A model generated the notes under the pieces. The model ran no database searches, was not told the DNA's origin, and saw only the letters and a list, made by a program, of their open reading frames with translations. Positions 27,604 to 38,192 of a DNA stretch of 64,000 bases are shown one piece after another (position 1 is the first letter of the stretch; every line of letters begins with the position of its first letter). Both the position numbers and the translations under genes were made by a program. Source of the stretch: a virus. Taxonomy: Duplodnaviria > Caudoviricetes. Location: IMG/VR virus record IMGVR_UViG_3300036770_005357. One strand, given 5' to 3'.

Positions 27604-28167
27604 ATGATCAAGTTGAAAGATTTATTGAATGAAGTATTTAGTTTACCTGACATTGTATATCATGGCAGTGGATTAGATTTTGATAAGTTTGATAAAAACA
27701 AAAGTAATTTTAGAGGTACTATATATTTTACCACCAACAAAGATTTTGCTAAATCATTTGCTACAGACAGAGGCACAGGTAAAACAATAATATATCATTG
27801 TAAGTTGAATATTGATAAGATGTTTGATCCGGAAGATATTAATTCTTTAAATGCATTAAAACCTATCATACGAGATCTAATTGAGAAAAAGTATAAAGAT
27901 ACAGTAACAAATGCTTCTTTTATTATTCCAAGTGGACCGATTTATATTGACGGCAATGAAATTACAAATCCATCATTGGATGACGCTGTTAATTGGTATC
28001 TGTGGAGAATCAAGAATGGCGCTTGGCGAATACTTGAAGGAGAAAACATATTGAACTTCATAAAACAATCTGGTTACGATGCTGTTTTGACAAAAGAACG
28101 TGGATCTCAAAATATAGCGGTATTTGATCCTGATAAAGTTACGATAGTTAAGAAAGAATACATCTAG
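27604..28167 (+). CDS. ADP-ribosyltransferase-like (ART-PolyVal type) tagged protein
   Basis: VYHGS..DFDKFD....RGTIYFTTNKDFAKSFA ... GYDAV ... AVFDPDKV. Confidence 0.6.
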   Translation: MIKLKDLLNEVFSLPDIVYHGSGLDFDKFDKNKSNFRGTIYFTTNKDFAKSFATDRGTGKTIIYHCKLNIDKMFDPEDINSLNALKPIIRDLIEKKYKDTVTNASFIIPSGPIYIDGNEITNPSLDDAVNWYLWRIKNGAWRILEGENILNFIKQSGYDAVLTKERGSQNIAVFDPDKVTIVKKEYI

Positions 28168-28187
28168 TTTTTTATATTTATATTAAC

Positions 28188-29846
28188 ATGATTAGTTTAC
28201 ATACAATTTTAAGTGAAAATGTAGATCAAAATATTGATCGTATAAAAGCCGCTTACAAATTCTTTATACAACATTTAGGATTGCCAGCTGGTAGAATCAA
28301 ATTAAAGCTGGGTCCACTAAGTGTTGATCCAGATTCTGGATTACCAACACAAGCAAGTGTATTTGTAAGCAAAGATAAACCGGCTAAATACATTATAACA
28401 GTTAATAGCAAAAGCGCTGTAAGTGTATCTGATTTGATAAGACATTTAGCACATGAGATGCAACATATACTTCAAACTGAATCTGGTAGATTTGATGTAT
28501 ATACACACACTTGGGATGGAAAGACTTATGAAGTAACTAAAGGCACTGAAGAATATTATAATTTACCGTGGGAAAGAGATGCTCGTAAAGCAGCATTTGA
28601 ATTGGAATTGGCATTTACCAGATATATGCGTGATAAAGGTGCAAGTAAGAGTTATAAGAAATTAAATGAGAATCCGGATACAATTGTTTATAAAGGTCAA
28701 TATTATGTATATAGCACTCCACACAACAAGGCTAGTTTCTTAATTTATAAGGATGATAAAACTAAAAAAGAAACGCTATTTGGTTTTAGTGTTAATAAAA
28801 AAGATTTCTTTAGTTCCGATCCAGATGTTATAAAAGAAATAGAAGAACTTACAAAGGGTACAGATTATTCACAATATTATACACGACAAAAAATTGAAGA
28901 TTTCAAAAGTGCTTCAAATGGCAAGGGTCATTATGATTTAGAAAAATTATTGATGGAACTCAGAAGATATGATAATGGCGGTCTTTCAAGAGGTAGAATA
29001 TTTGAATTACCCGATGATATTACTGTATGTACATTTTGGGAACCAAAAAATGTTGTCTTGAAGTATTTGAAATTTTACGAAGAAGCCATTAAATCAAGTG
29101 GTTATGATCCTAAAAAGATATTATACGAACCATATGATGTTAAGAATTTCATAACATATGAAGAGTTTATTAGTAATACATCTCCTGATCCTACATATGT
29201 AACTTTAAACGACGGTAGCTTAGCTAAGGTTGGTGAAAAGGTTGTTATAATTTATCTTTCACACGATCCGAATGATTTAAATAATCCAGATGGTGAAATT
29301 GTAAAAATAATAAATGGCAATAGAGTTAAAGTAAAAATTCTCAACTCTAGAGCTCCACAATATTTCAAAGTTGGAGATGAAACGGAGGAAGCCGGTAATT
29401 ATCTTCTTCCATATGATCAAAAAACAAGATATCCAGATGCAGGTGGTGAAGATATAAGTTCGGTAATTGATACAAAGACAAAAGAATTTGTAGATAAACG
29501 AGCAAAATTACACACAACAGGTGCAGCACTTACAACCGCTGAAAAAGAAGCACTTGAAGTGGAAGTAGATAGTTTAGAAACAGAAATCAAATTGTTAAGA
29601 GACATAATGGCTTCCGGTGAAAAATATTATACGGATAATGTGAAAGATGTAGTGAGTAAATCTGTTGCGCGTAAATTACATGCTAAGAAAAAAGAAAAAC
29701 AAGATCAATACAGTTTGATTGCACAAGCTGAAAAACAATTTGGTATGCCTATTGCACAAATAAGACAAAAGTATAGAGGTGTACCGTTGGATCAATTGAT
29801 CAAGAAAGAATCGTTATATAGAAAGATAATGAACCAAATTCTATAA
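28188..29846 (+). CDS. Multidomain tagged protein with N-terminal zincin-like metallopeptidase
   Basis: LAHEMQHILQ (HExxH) ... PWERDA. Confidence 0.6.
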   Translation: MISLHTILSENVDQNIDRIKAAYKFFIQHLGLPAGRIKLKLGPLSVDPDSGLPTQASVFVSKDKPAKYIITVNSKSAVSVSDLIRHLAHEMQHILQTESGRFDVYTHTWDGKTYEVTKGTEEYYNLPWERDARKAAFELELAFTRYMRDKGASKSYKKLNENPDTIVYKGQYYVYSTPHNKASFLIYKDDKTKKETLFGFSVNKKDFFSSDPDVIKEIEELTKGTDYSQYYTRQKIEDFKSASNGKGHYDLEKLLMELRRYDNGGLSRGRIFELPDDITVCTFWEPKNVVLKYLKFYEEAIKSSGYDPKKILYEPYDVKNFITYEEFISNTSPDPTYVTLNDGSLAKVGEKVVIIYLSHDPNDLNNPDGEIVKIINGNRVKVKILNSRAPQYFKVGDETEEAGNYLLPYDQKTRYPDAGGEDISSVIDTKTKEFVDKRAKLHTTGAALTTAEKEALEVEVDSLETEIKLLRDIMASGEKYYTDNVKDVVSKSVARKLHAKKKEKQDQYSLIAQAEKQFGMPIAQIRQKYRGVPLDQLIKKESLYRKIMNQIL

Positions 29847-30386
29847 ATGATATTATTAACTATTTTACTTTGCGTATTGTGGTGTAGTATTTGTGAATGG
29901 TTACTACACAAGTATATGATGCACAATGCTTTATTTGGATTTCAATATCCGTATGAAGCACATGCTAAGATACATCATACAACATTTAAGGCTGATGACA
30001 CTTATCAATTGCAGAACGAAGTGGATAAAAAGACTATTGCAATGGCGTGGTGGAATTCATTTGCAATTGCTTTGATGGCGAGTGTACCACTTATAATATT
30101 GGGGTGGAAATATTTCTTTATCAATTATGTTGTAGCGATGTGTTATTATGGTGTATATGAAACATTACATTGGTGTATGCATTTACCTAAAAGAAGAAAG
30201 GTAGAGTATAGTACTTGGTATAGAAAGTTGAACGGTCATCATATATTACATCATCGGTACTTAAAAAAGAACTATAATGTAGTATTACCGTTTGCAGATT
30301 TGATATTTGGAACATTATTGACAAAGAGTCCAATAAAGTTCAATCAAGTAAAACCAAGTTATTGTGTGCCTGATGTACAACCTTAA
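29847..30386 (+). CDS. Fatty-acid hydroxylase / sterol desaturase family membrane protein
   Basis: EWLLHKY.MH, HAKIHH, ETLHWCMH, HHILHH...NYNV His boxes. Confidence 0.7.
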   Translation: MILLTILLCVLWCSICEWLLHKYMMHNALFGFQYPYEAHAKIHHTTFKADDTYQLQNEVDKKTIAMAWWNSFAIALMASVPLIILGWKYFFINYVVAMCYYGVYETLHWCMHLPKRRKVEYSTWYRKLNGHHILHHRYLKKNYNVVLPFADLIFGTLLTKSPIKFNQVKPSYCVPDVQP

Positions 30387-30400
30387 TATATTTATAAGAT

Positions 30401-31204
30401 ATGAAGTTAATAGAAATACTCAAGAAACATATATTAAAAGAAGGTATAGATGATCCTTCAATATTAAAGTGTATATTTTTGGCAGGTGGACCTGGCAGCG
30501 GTAAGAGCACTGTAGCTTCTGAATTATTTGATTTACCCAAAGATTTATCTGTAAATAGATTTGGACTTAAAGTGATCAATAGTGATATAGAGTTTGAAAG
30601 AATGTTACATCAAATGGGTATATCTACTGATTTAAGTAAATTAAGTGGAGAAGATTTTAAAAGATTGACAAGCGGAAAAGATTCGGTAAGAGAAAAAGCA
30701 AAGAGAATTGCTAAAAAGAAACTGGAAATGTATAGAAAGAGTAAGTTAGGATTAATCATAGATGGTACAGGTGACAGCATAGAATCTATACAAACGAAGA
30801 AACATATTATGCAACAACATGGTTATGATTGTTATATGATATTTGTTAATACGAGCTTAGAAGTTGCTATGGAAAGAAATAGAAAAAGAGCTCGTAAGAT
30901 ACCCGATGATTTATTGAAACAGATGTGGAATAGTTGTCAAAATAATATTGGCCACTTTCAAAATATATTTGGTAATAATTTTAGAATTGTTGATCGTACA
31001 ACATCTGAACCAATTGACAGAAGTGTCGTAAAGAATACAGTAGAGTTCTTAAAGAGTCCTATAAGAAACCCTATCGGTAAAAAGTGGATACAAAGTTATT
31101 ATGATGATAACAAGAAAGTAAATCAAACTGTATCTGGTGATTTTGAACTTGATGATGCTCCACTATTTGAACCAATACGACCAAGAACATTTAAAGACAA
31201 ATAA
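30401..31204 (+). CDS. P-loop kinase (zeta-toxin/AAA_33-like)
   Basis: FLAGGPGSGKS, IIDGTG, RNRKRARKIP. Confidence 0.75.
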   Translation: MKLIEILKKHILKEGIDDPSILKCIFLAGGPGSGKSTVASELFDLPKDLSVNRFGLKVINSDIEFERMLHQMGISTDLSKLSGEDFKRLTSGKDSVREKAKRIAKKKLEMYRKSKLGLIIDGTGDSIESIQTKKHIMQQHGYDCYMIFVNTSLEVAMERNRKRARKIPDDLLKQMWNSCQNNIGHFQNIFGNNFRIVDRTTSEPIDRSVVKNTVEFLKSPIRNPIGKKWIQSYYDDNKKVNQTVSGDFELDDAPLFEPIRPRTFKDK

Positions 31205-31207
31205 CAT

Positions 31208-31852
31208 ATGAATTATAAATCTCTTTTAAACAAACAAAATTTAATTTCATTTTTAAAATCTACATCCGTTAATGATAAACAATATAAACCGATAACGGAT
31301 GAAATAATCAATAGTTTACAAAACAAAACATTATTAAAGTATAATAGTGTATACGAAGAGTTTTATAGAAAACATAAATTTAAGTTGATAAGTACACAGT
31401 CTTCAACCGCAGGTTTACAATTTTCATTATATGAATATGATTTTGGAAAGAGTATAAACAAGACTGTTGGTATTGTGACTGAACAAACTAGACGACGCAT
31501 TGCTACATCAACTGTACCAGCGCCAGAGCCAGAGCCAGAGCCAGAACCATCCAATTTACCAATTATTACTAGTTTTGATCCAATTGAAGGTGTGGCAGTT
31601 TCTCAATCTTGTTTAGATCCGGGCCCACAATTAGTTTACATATATGGATCAAATTTTTATCCAGCCACAAGTGTAACATTCAATGGTGTTGAGGCTTTAG
31701 TTGGTACATATGCTGTTATATTTGACGGTACAGAAATTCAAGTATTCGTACCGGAGGGAGCTACTACTGGAACGATAACAGTGACAACACCAAATGGTAC
31801 AGTAACATCCACCACAGATTTTACAGTTACATCAGGTACATGCAACGATTGA
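31208..31852 (+). CDS. Protein with PE linker and IPT/TIG-like C-terminal domain
   Basis: PEPEPEP; IYGSNF..ATSVTFNG...VPEGATTGTITVTTPNGT. Confidence 0.7.
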   Translation: MNYKSLLNKQNLISFLKSTSVNDKQYKPITDEIINSLQNKTLLKYNSVYEEFYRKHKFKLISTQSSTAGLQFSLYEYDFGKSINKTVGIVTEQTRRRIATSTVPAPEPEPEPEPSNLPIITSFDPIEGVAVSQSCLDPGPQLVYIYGSNFYPATSVTFNGVEALVGTYAVIFDGTEIQVFVPEGATTGTITVTTPNGTVTSTTDFTVTSGTCND

Positions 31853-31860
31853 TATATTAA

Positions 31861-32118
31861 ATGAAACACTTATCTAAAACATGGAAGAACAAAGCTGGTA
31901 ACTTGTATAAAAAGTATACGTTTGATAACTTCAAACAAGCTATATCATTTGTGAATAAGATTGCTAACTATGCTGAGAAAGTGGGTCATCATCCCGAATT
32001 AAGAATCGGATACAGTACTGTAGAAGTTTATTTAAAGTCGCATGATGTGAATAAGATAACAAAGAAGGATGTTACTTCTGCTAAACATTATGATGAATTG
32101 ATAAAGGGTGATGAGTGA
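31861..32118 (+). CDS. Pterin-4-alpha-carbinolamine dehydratase
   Basis: YTFDNFKQAISFVNKIA..AEKVGHHPEL...HDVNKITKKD. Confidence 0.85.
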   Translation: MKHLSKTWKNKAGNLYKKYTFDNFKQAISFVNKIANYAEKVGHHPELRIGYSTVEVYLKSHDVNKITKKDVTSAKHYDELIKGDE

Positions 32119-32247
32119 CGAGGTACTAGTATTTGGAGTGTTGTTACCTCTTTTTATTTGTATTGGTATAGTTCTTTATAATTTGATTTTTTATATTTTA
32201 AATAACTACACGAATGTTGGTGTAGAAGATAGATATAAGAAACGCAA

Positions 32248-32664
32248 ATGAGTTTCTTGGATGACATAGTTAAACAATATCCTATAAAAAACAATCAGTG
32301 GAAATTTGTAAGTGATGATGATTTATCGTTGTTTTTTTATATTAATACCGAGATACATTATTCTAATTTACCCGAAGGAATTTATAGTGATGTCACGAGA
32401 TATTTTGTAAGGAAAATTTATCCGTTGAATTATAAAATATCAAATGTTAAATTAGAAAAGTCGTTGAGGTTAGATCCTTGGAACAGAGAATTCAAATGTT
32501 TTCCGTTTGATAAGTGTGTGGGAAACAATGTGTATGGTTGGGACGGCGATGTTTACGGATGGATTGCTATAAGAGATGTAGCTTATGAAAATGAAAGAGC
32601 TTATGTAATTACAACAACCGTTAATAATAAAAAGGTATATTGTTTAGATATATTGAGGGGATAA
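32248..32664 (+). CDS. Hypothetical protein, paralog of 20649/24383
   Basis: KQYPIKNNQW ... VYCLD. Confidence 0.65.
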   Translation: MSFLDDIVKQYPIKNNQWKFVSDDDLSLFFYINTEIHYSNLPEGIYSDVTRYFVRKIYPLNYKISNVKLEKSLRLDPWNREFKCFPFDKCVGNNVYGWDGDVYGWIAIRDVAYENERAYVITTTVNNKKVYCLDILRG

Positions 32665-32669
32665 TAGTC

Positions 32670-33041
32670 ATGGAATATTTTATTGATAAAAGACTTTATA
32701 TAAGTAACGGCAAAAAAGGTAGAGGTATATACACAAACGAACATATACCGGTTGATACCATAATAGAATATAGTCCAGTGATTACAAATTATGTTACTAG
32801 TTGGCAAGATACGCCGTATGAACTTAAAAAAATGGCATTTAGTTTTCCTCAAGGAAGTGACAATTATGTAATCGCATTGGGTTATATTTGTTTATATAAT
32901 CACGACGATAACAACAATGCACATTGGTATACTGATGAAGGTGGTGTTATTATAAAAACTGTTAGAGATATTAATATTGGCGAAGAAGTTTGTATACATT
33001 ATGGAGATGCATATTGGAGCGGTGGATGGCCAAAATATTAA
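32670..33041 (+). CDS. SET-domain protein
   Basis: KGRGIYT, YNHDDNNNA, RDINIGEEVCIHYG. Confidence 0.85.
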   Translation: MEYFIDKRLYISNGKKGRGIYTNEHIPVDTIIEYSPVITNYVTSWQDTPYELKKMAFSFPQGSDNYVIALGYICLYNHDDNNNAHWYTDEGGVIIKTVRDINIGEEVCIHYGDAYWSGGWPKY

Positions 33042-33155
33042 AAATATTTAAATTGTCGGTAATTTAAATTAATATATATTGACATATTGTTCTTGTGTTC
33101 AGACTAGTTTTTTATAATTAATTTGTTATAAACGATTAGTCTGTATACACGAACT

Positions 33156-36100
33156 ATGAAAGTTTTAAATTTATTAAAATTGTTTATTGCATTGTTATTT
33201 TTGATTGTTAATATCAATGCACAGGTTGTAACAAATACAGCCACATTGTATTCATCGGTAACTCAAGCTGATAATACTATTGTTCCTTCTGTACCCATAC
33301 CAATTACAATTGTCAGAACGAATGGAAGAATAGCAGAAATTTCTTTGAATATTGGTAATGTTTCACAGAATGCAAAACAAATTAATTTAAGGGTATATGA
33401 ATTAATTTATACCACAAATGTTGTTGAGTCACCGCTCACAAATTCTACTACAACCGGTGGAAGCACTGGTGGTACAACGGGCGGAAGTACTGGAGGTACA
33501 ACAGACGGTGGCACGACGGGTGGAAGCACTGGAAGTACCGGAGGTACAACGGATGGAGGTACAACAGACGGTGGCACGACGGGTGGAAGCACTGGAAGTA
33601 CCGGAGGTACAACGGATGGAGGTACAACAGACGGAACAACGGGTGGTTCTACTGGTGGAAGCACCGGAAGCACTGGTGGAAGCACTGGTGGTACAATATC
33701 AACAAATTATGTATATGTAACAAATAATGTTACACTAAATGTTACATTACAAACACAAACTGGTACAACGAACGATGTACAGATACCTGCTCAAACTATT
33801 TGGCATAACGATAAATTAGAAAACATATTGTTTGATATAACGAGTTTACCGGCTGATGCAATTATTGTACGGTTTAGAATATTGGATTACATTTACGACG
33901 AAAATGGTAATTTAGTTGGGCCACAAGGTTCAGGCACAAATAGTGGAGGTACCGGAACAGGTGGATCTGGTACAGGTACCGGAGGAAGTGATACGGGTGG
34001 ATCTGGTACAGGTACTGGCGGTGGCACAATTAGCCCACCACCACCTTCAGCGGATGCTGTACAATTTCCAGTTGAAGTACTTGGTGCTGATCAACATACA
34101 GAAGAATTTAAATTGGTTCTTAATGATAATTTAAATGATATCTACGGCGCAAGATTCACTATACACGGTTTAGGATTTACAAATAAAGCCTCGGTTAGTA
34201 TTAATGGATCACAATGGATTCCATTAAATAACAGAACGGTTATATTTCCAAGAAAATTTGAAAGAATATGGGTCGGAATTGGTGGTTTTCAAAACACATT
34301 AACAATGGTATTACCATTTGCCAGTAACAACATTATTCCTAGCGTAACTAATACGATTAAATTTAAGTTTAATGATATCACAAAACAAACCGTTGGATAT
34401 AGAGTATTAAATGCTGATATTGTAAGAAGACAGGATACCGCTGAAAAAGAATATACATTTGGACATCTTACAGGCAGGTTTTATACAAATACAGTTTATA
34501 ACTACACGCCTACAACACTTGCTACAACCAAGGTTATTGATGATCCTAAAAATTGGACTCCAGCATCAAGTGATCCTGTCGTAATTAATCAAGGAAAAGA
34601 TTTGTGGTTTAATGGTAATATTTCAGAACGAGGAGTCGCTTTAAATGCTAAGTGTGGTGATTGTCATTTTACAGACGGATATGATTTGAAGTATTTCAAT
34701 TATAGTGATAAATCAATTATAGCACGAAGTAAATATCATGGTTTGAGCGAGCAACAAGGTTTAGCATTAGCATCTTATATTCGTAGTTTGGATGTGCCAT
34801 ATCAAGAAAAAGGCAGACCTTGGAATCCACTTTATCAACCCGGACCCGGCATGAGTACTGTGCCAATTGACAATTGGGCTGCTGGTGCAGGCATGGATTG
34901 GGTATTAGATGATGATATAAAATCATTTAATTATATTTTTCCTAACGGAACACAAGATGGAATTGTATACAATGGTGTAGTTCAACCAATAGACATAAAC
35001 AAAGCATACAACATTCATGAAATACCAATTGCAATGCAACTGCCAGATTGGAATCATTGGTTGCCTAAAGTTCATTTGAAAGATAGTGCGCCTGAAATCT
35101 GGGATTGGAGTTTGACGAAAGATGGTGGCAGTGGTCGTAGATTCTTTGATTGGTTTATGGGTAGTATACCAAAAGATCAAGGAATGAAAGGTCTTGTTCA
35201 AATAATGAGATCATATGGAGAAAATACTGGTTATCAGTTGGTTCACATGGATCAATTCTTTCAGAAGAAATATTTTGATGCTGGAAAACGAATTCAATTC
35301 ATGAATGACATAAGAATGGCGTATCGTCATTGGGTAACCGTAAGAACATTAGAAATCATGCAAAAATGGAAGATGCAAGATTTGGGTCATGATATTCTTG
35401 AAGATAATGCTAATACAAGAGATCAATGGGGAGAAAGAGGAGCAAGATCATATATTGATTTAGGTAAGTTAGATAAAATCAAAGCACAATTTGGTAACAG
35501 TTATACGAATGTATTCAATGATAGAAGATGGTTTGCGAACAGTTTGCCTTTCCATCTAGCTCCACACATTGGAAATCTTGTAGCAGTGACGGATCAAAAC
35601 GATCCTAATTTCACTTATGAACCTTATGGTGATCAGTCTCCACAATGGTATCAACTACAAATGTATCTTGATGATAGCAATAGAATGCCAGAATATAACA
35701 TAATTGATTGGGGATATTTACATAACTTCTTGTGGGGAGCAACAAGTCAATGGGGACAATTAGCAAACTACAGTTTATATACAGGTAAACACAATGCTTT
35801 ACAATTCATAAACACTTTAAAATCATATGAAGCATATGCATTTAATGGAGATTACAAAGGTTTGCTTGAAGGGCTTTTAGATGATCATCATCCGCACATA
35901 AGATTATTTGGAGGTACTGTTCTTTTACATGCCGATAGTTCAAGTGCAAATAAATTTAATGAGTTCACAATGCATTATATTGATGCGTTACATACAAAAG
36001 AAAAGAAAGACATGATGGTCGGCATGTACAATCAAATACATAAAATACAAATAGATGTATTAGAACAAAATCCACAGATTGCTGACTATAATAATCTTAC

Positions 36101-36248
36101 AATGTCCGAAAACTTTTTAAGATACATGGGCGGTGATCCAAGTCTAATTCAAAGATTTGTTAATTTCAGAAAATCAAAATGGCCTAATGATACTTGGACA
36201 AGTCAGATCAAACATCTTTGGCCTCAACCATTCTATCCAGCATTGTAA
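33156..36248 (+). CDS. Large exported protein with Gly/Thr linkers and one CxxCH heme-c motif
   Basis: N-terminal signal-like segment, GGT/GGS repeats, KCGDCH. Confidence 0.75.
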   Translation: MKVLNLLKLFIALLFLIVNINAQVVTNTATLYSSVTQADNTIVPSVPIPITIVRTNGRIAEISLNIGNVSQNAKQINLRVYELIYTTNVVESPLTNSTTTGGSTGGTTGGSTGGTTDGGTTGGSTGSTGGTTDGGTTDGGTTGGSTGSTGGTTDGGTTDGTTGGSTGGSTGSTGGSTGGTISTNYVYVTNNVTLNVTLQTQTGTTNDVQIPAQTIWHNDKLENILFDITSLPADAIIVRFRILDYIYDENGNLVGPQGSGTNSGGTGTGGSGTGTGGSDTGGSGTGTGGGTISPPPPSADAVQFPVEVLGADQHTEEFKLVLNDNLNDIYGARFTIHGLGFTNKASVSINGSQWIPLNNRTVIFPRKFERIWVGIGGFQNTLTMVLPFASNNIIPSVTNTIKFKFNDITKQTVGYRVLNADIVRRQDTAEKEYTFGHLTGRFYTNTVYNYTPTTLATTKVIDDPKNWTPASSDPVVINQGKDLWFNGNISERGVALNAKCGDCHFTDGYDLKYFNYSDKSIIARSKYHGLSEQQGLALASYIRSLDVPYQEKGRPWNPLYQPGPGMSTVPIDNWAAGAGMDWVLDDDIKSFNYIFPNGTQDGIVYNGVVQPIDINKAYNIHEIPIAMQLPDWNHWLPKVHLKDSAPEIWDWSLTKDGGSGRRFFDWFMGSIPKDQGMKGLVQIMRSYGENTGYQLVHMDQFFQKKYFDAGKRIQFMNDIRMAYRHWVTVRTLEIMQKWKMQDLGHDILEDNANTRDQWGERGARSYIDLGKLDKIKAQFGNSYTNVFNDRRWFANSLPFHLAPHIGNLVAVTDQNDPNFTYEPYGDQSPQWYQLQMYLDDSNRMPEYNIIDWGYLHNFLWGATSQWGQLANYSLYTGKHNALQFINTLKSYEAYAFNGDYKGLLEGLLDDHHPHIRLFGGTVLLHADSSSANKFNEFTMHYIDALHTKEKKDMMVGMYNQIHKIQIDVLEQNPQIADYNNLTMSENFLRYMGGDPSLIQRFVNFRKSKWPNDTWTSQIKHLWPQPFYPAL
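33492..33634 (+). repeat. 63-bp coding tandem repeat, about 2.3 copies
   Basis: ggaggtacaacagacgg at 33492, 33555 and 33618. Confidence 0.85.
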
Positions 36249-36292
36249 AAAGTATTGACACGGTTGAAACATTGTTGTATAGTTTATCTAAT

Positions 36293-36577
36293 ATGACAAA
36301 GCCAATTAATGTTTCAACCGATATCAAAATCAACATCAAGGGTAATGAGTTCACGCTTTCAAAAGATGAAGCAAGTCAACTGATTACATCACTCAAGCGT
36401 GAACTTAATGTTTTAGACTATGATGCACAGTCTGTACCACAATATCCAATTAGTCCGTGGCCGGATTGCTCTACATTAGCTTATAGGAATGATCCAGCTT
36501 GGACTAAGCAAATCAATACAGATAATCCTGTTAGCATAAATGGTGTACATACAAACACTTATACATTTAATGCATAA
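36293..36577 (+). CDS. Hypothetical protein
   Basis: ATG 9 nt after TTGACA-N17-TATAGT. Confidence 0.55.
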   Translation: MTKPINVSTDIKINIKGNEFTLSKDEASQLITSLKRELNVLDYDAQSVPQYPISPWPDCSTLAYRNDPAWTKQINTDNPVSINGVHTNTYTFNA

Positions 36578-36823
36578 TTATGACATTATTTAGTAGAATG
36601 AGTAAGGATGTTGAACCTTATAAGAAGTTTGAGGTAGAACTAAATCTTCCACATATTTGTTGTACTAACAAACCTTCTCGTAAAGAAGATTGTTGGATGG
36701 AAACGGAAGATTATAGAAATGTTGTGATGTTATTTGAAACGGGTATTCGTTATGTTTCTTCTAAGGGATATTTCTTTTTTAGCTTGTCAATATTTGGATT
36801 TGGGTTTAGCATAGTGAGACAAA

Positions 36824-37171
36824 ATGAATACTGATTTTATGTTTCGGGTATGGGATGTTGTCAACAAGTGTTATGTTGATAGCAAGCAAAATATTTTAGT
36901 TATTGATAGTAATGGTTATTTGCTTATCAATGAGATGCCAGTAGATGATGATAAGTATATTATAGAGAAGTGTACTGGATACAAGTGTGTTGACGGCAAC
37001 TATTTGTATGAAGGAGATTATGTTGAATGGAAATTAGGTTTGAAGATGGTACAGGCACGAATTTTGTTTCAACATTTTTGTTTTTGGGTGTATGAAATTA
37101 GGGGTGGGTGTATGTTATTTAGTCAACAACAGTATAAGTTGATTGGTAACAAAAATACTAACCCTATTTGA
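36824..37171 (+). CDS. YopX family protein
   Basis: FRVWD ... TG ... YLYEGD. Confidence 0.75.
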   Translation: MNTDFMFRVWDVVNKCYVDSKQNILVIDSNGYLLINEMPVDDDKYIIEKCTGYKCVDGNYLYEGDYVEWKLGLKMVQARILFQHFCFWVYEIRGGCMLFSQQQYKLIGNKNTNPI

Positions 37172-37205
37172 TTGACCGTTTACAATTATATGGTATGATG
37201 TAATT

Positions 37206-37577
37206 ATGATTAAAGTTGTTATAAATGCAAAATATGGTGGATTTGGATTGAGTCACGAAGCTATTATGCGATATGCTGAGCTTAAGGGATTGAAGATAGT
37301 GACTGAGGGTGTTAGGTATGATAGTATGACTGGCAAACCTATATATAGTAATTACTATATTGACAGTGTGAAGGAGGAGAACTATTTTAGTGTATATGAT
37401 TTTGAAGATAGGACTGACGCAGTACTTGTACAGGTTGTAGAGGAATTGGGTGAATTGGCTAATGGACCGCATGCCAAGCTTAAGGTGGTAGAGATACCTG
37501 ATGATGTGGAATGTTGGAAAATTGAAGAGTATGATGGATGGGAAAGTGTGCATGAATGTCATAGGGTGTTTAACTGA
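37206..37577 (+). CDS. Conserved phage hypothetical
   Basis: KVVIN..YGGFGLS.EA ... LVQVVEELG..ANG..AKLKVVEIPD...YDGWE. Confidence 0.75.
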   Translation: MIKVVINAKYGGFGLSHEAIMRYAELKGLKIVTEGVRYDSMTGKPIYSNYYIDSVKEENYFSVYDFEDRTDAVLVQVVEELGELANGPHAKLKVVEIPDDVECWKIEEYDGWESVHECHRVFN

Positions 37578-38192
37578 TTTATATAAATTATGAATATGAA
37601 TAATATTAAAGTGACGCAAACAATTAATGTAAAGATTAATGATGTTGAATATGCATTAACATCCGGTGAAGCAAATGCATTATATAATGCGTTGGGTACT
37701 GTTTTGAATTTACATAAGCCATTGAGTATTCCGGATAAATATCCTATATATACTCCGTATGATATTTGGCGTGGTATTCCGCCTGTGACTTCTACTGAAA
37801 CTCCTCCTATGAATCTTTGTTCTAATGGAGAAACAGGCACTCCTCCTATCAATCAGTATAGTTGGAATAATGCTACTGCTGAAGAACGAAAAGAACGCCA
37901 TGACAGGGGTCTTTTTGCAAATAATCTTCCTCCTACAGGTTTTCCCAATCATATGTGTACAAATCATTGATTATCAATATGAAAGCGACATTAGAGTATA
38001 ATTTACCGGAGGAACAAGATTTATATATTGGCGCTTGTCAAGGTGTAAATATAAAGAATGTTGTGCGTGATATTGACAATGAGATGCGAAATTGGTTAAA
38101 GCATGGCCATTCATTTAAGAGTGCTGATGAAGCGCTTGAAAAAGTGAGACAGATGTTGTATGATGATTTGAATCGTTATGGTATAAATTTGC

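Noticed and set aside
33407-33720. Repetitive alternative-frame ORFs (Pro/Val-rich etc.)
   Set aside because: By-products of the Gly/Thr repeat in the 1030-aa gene
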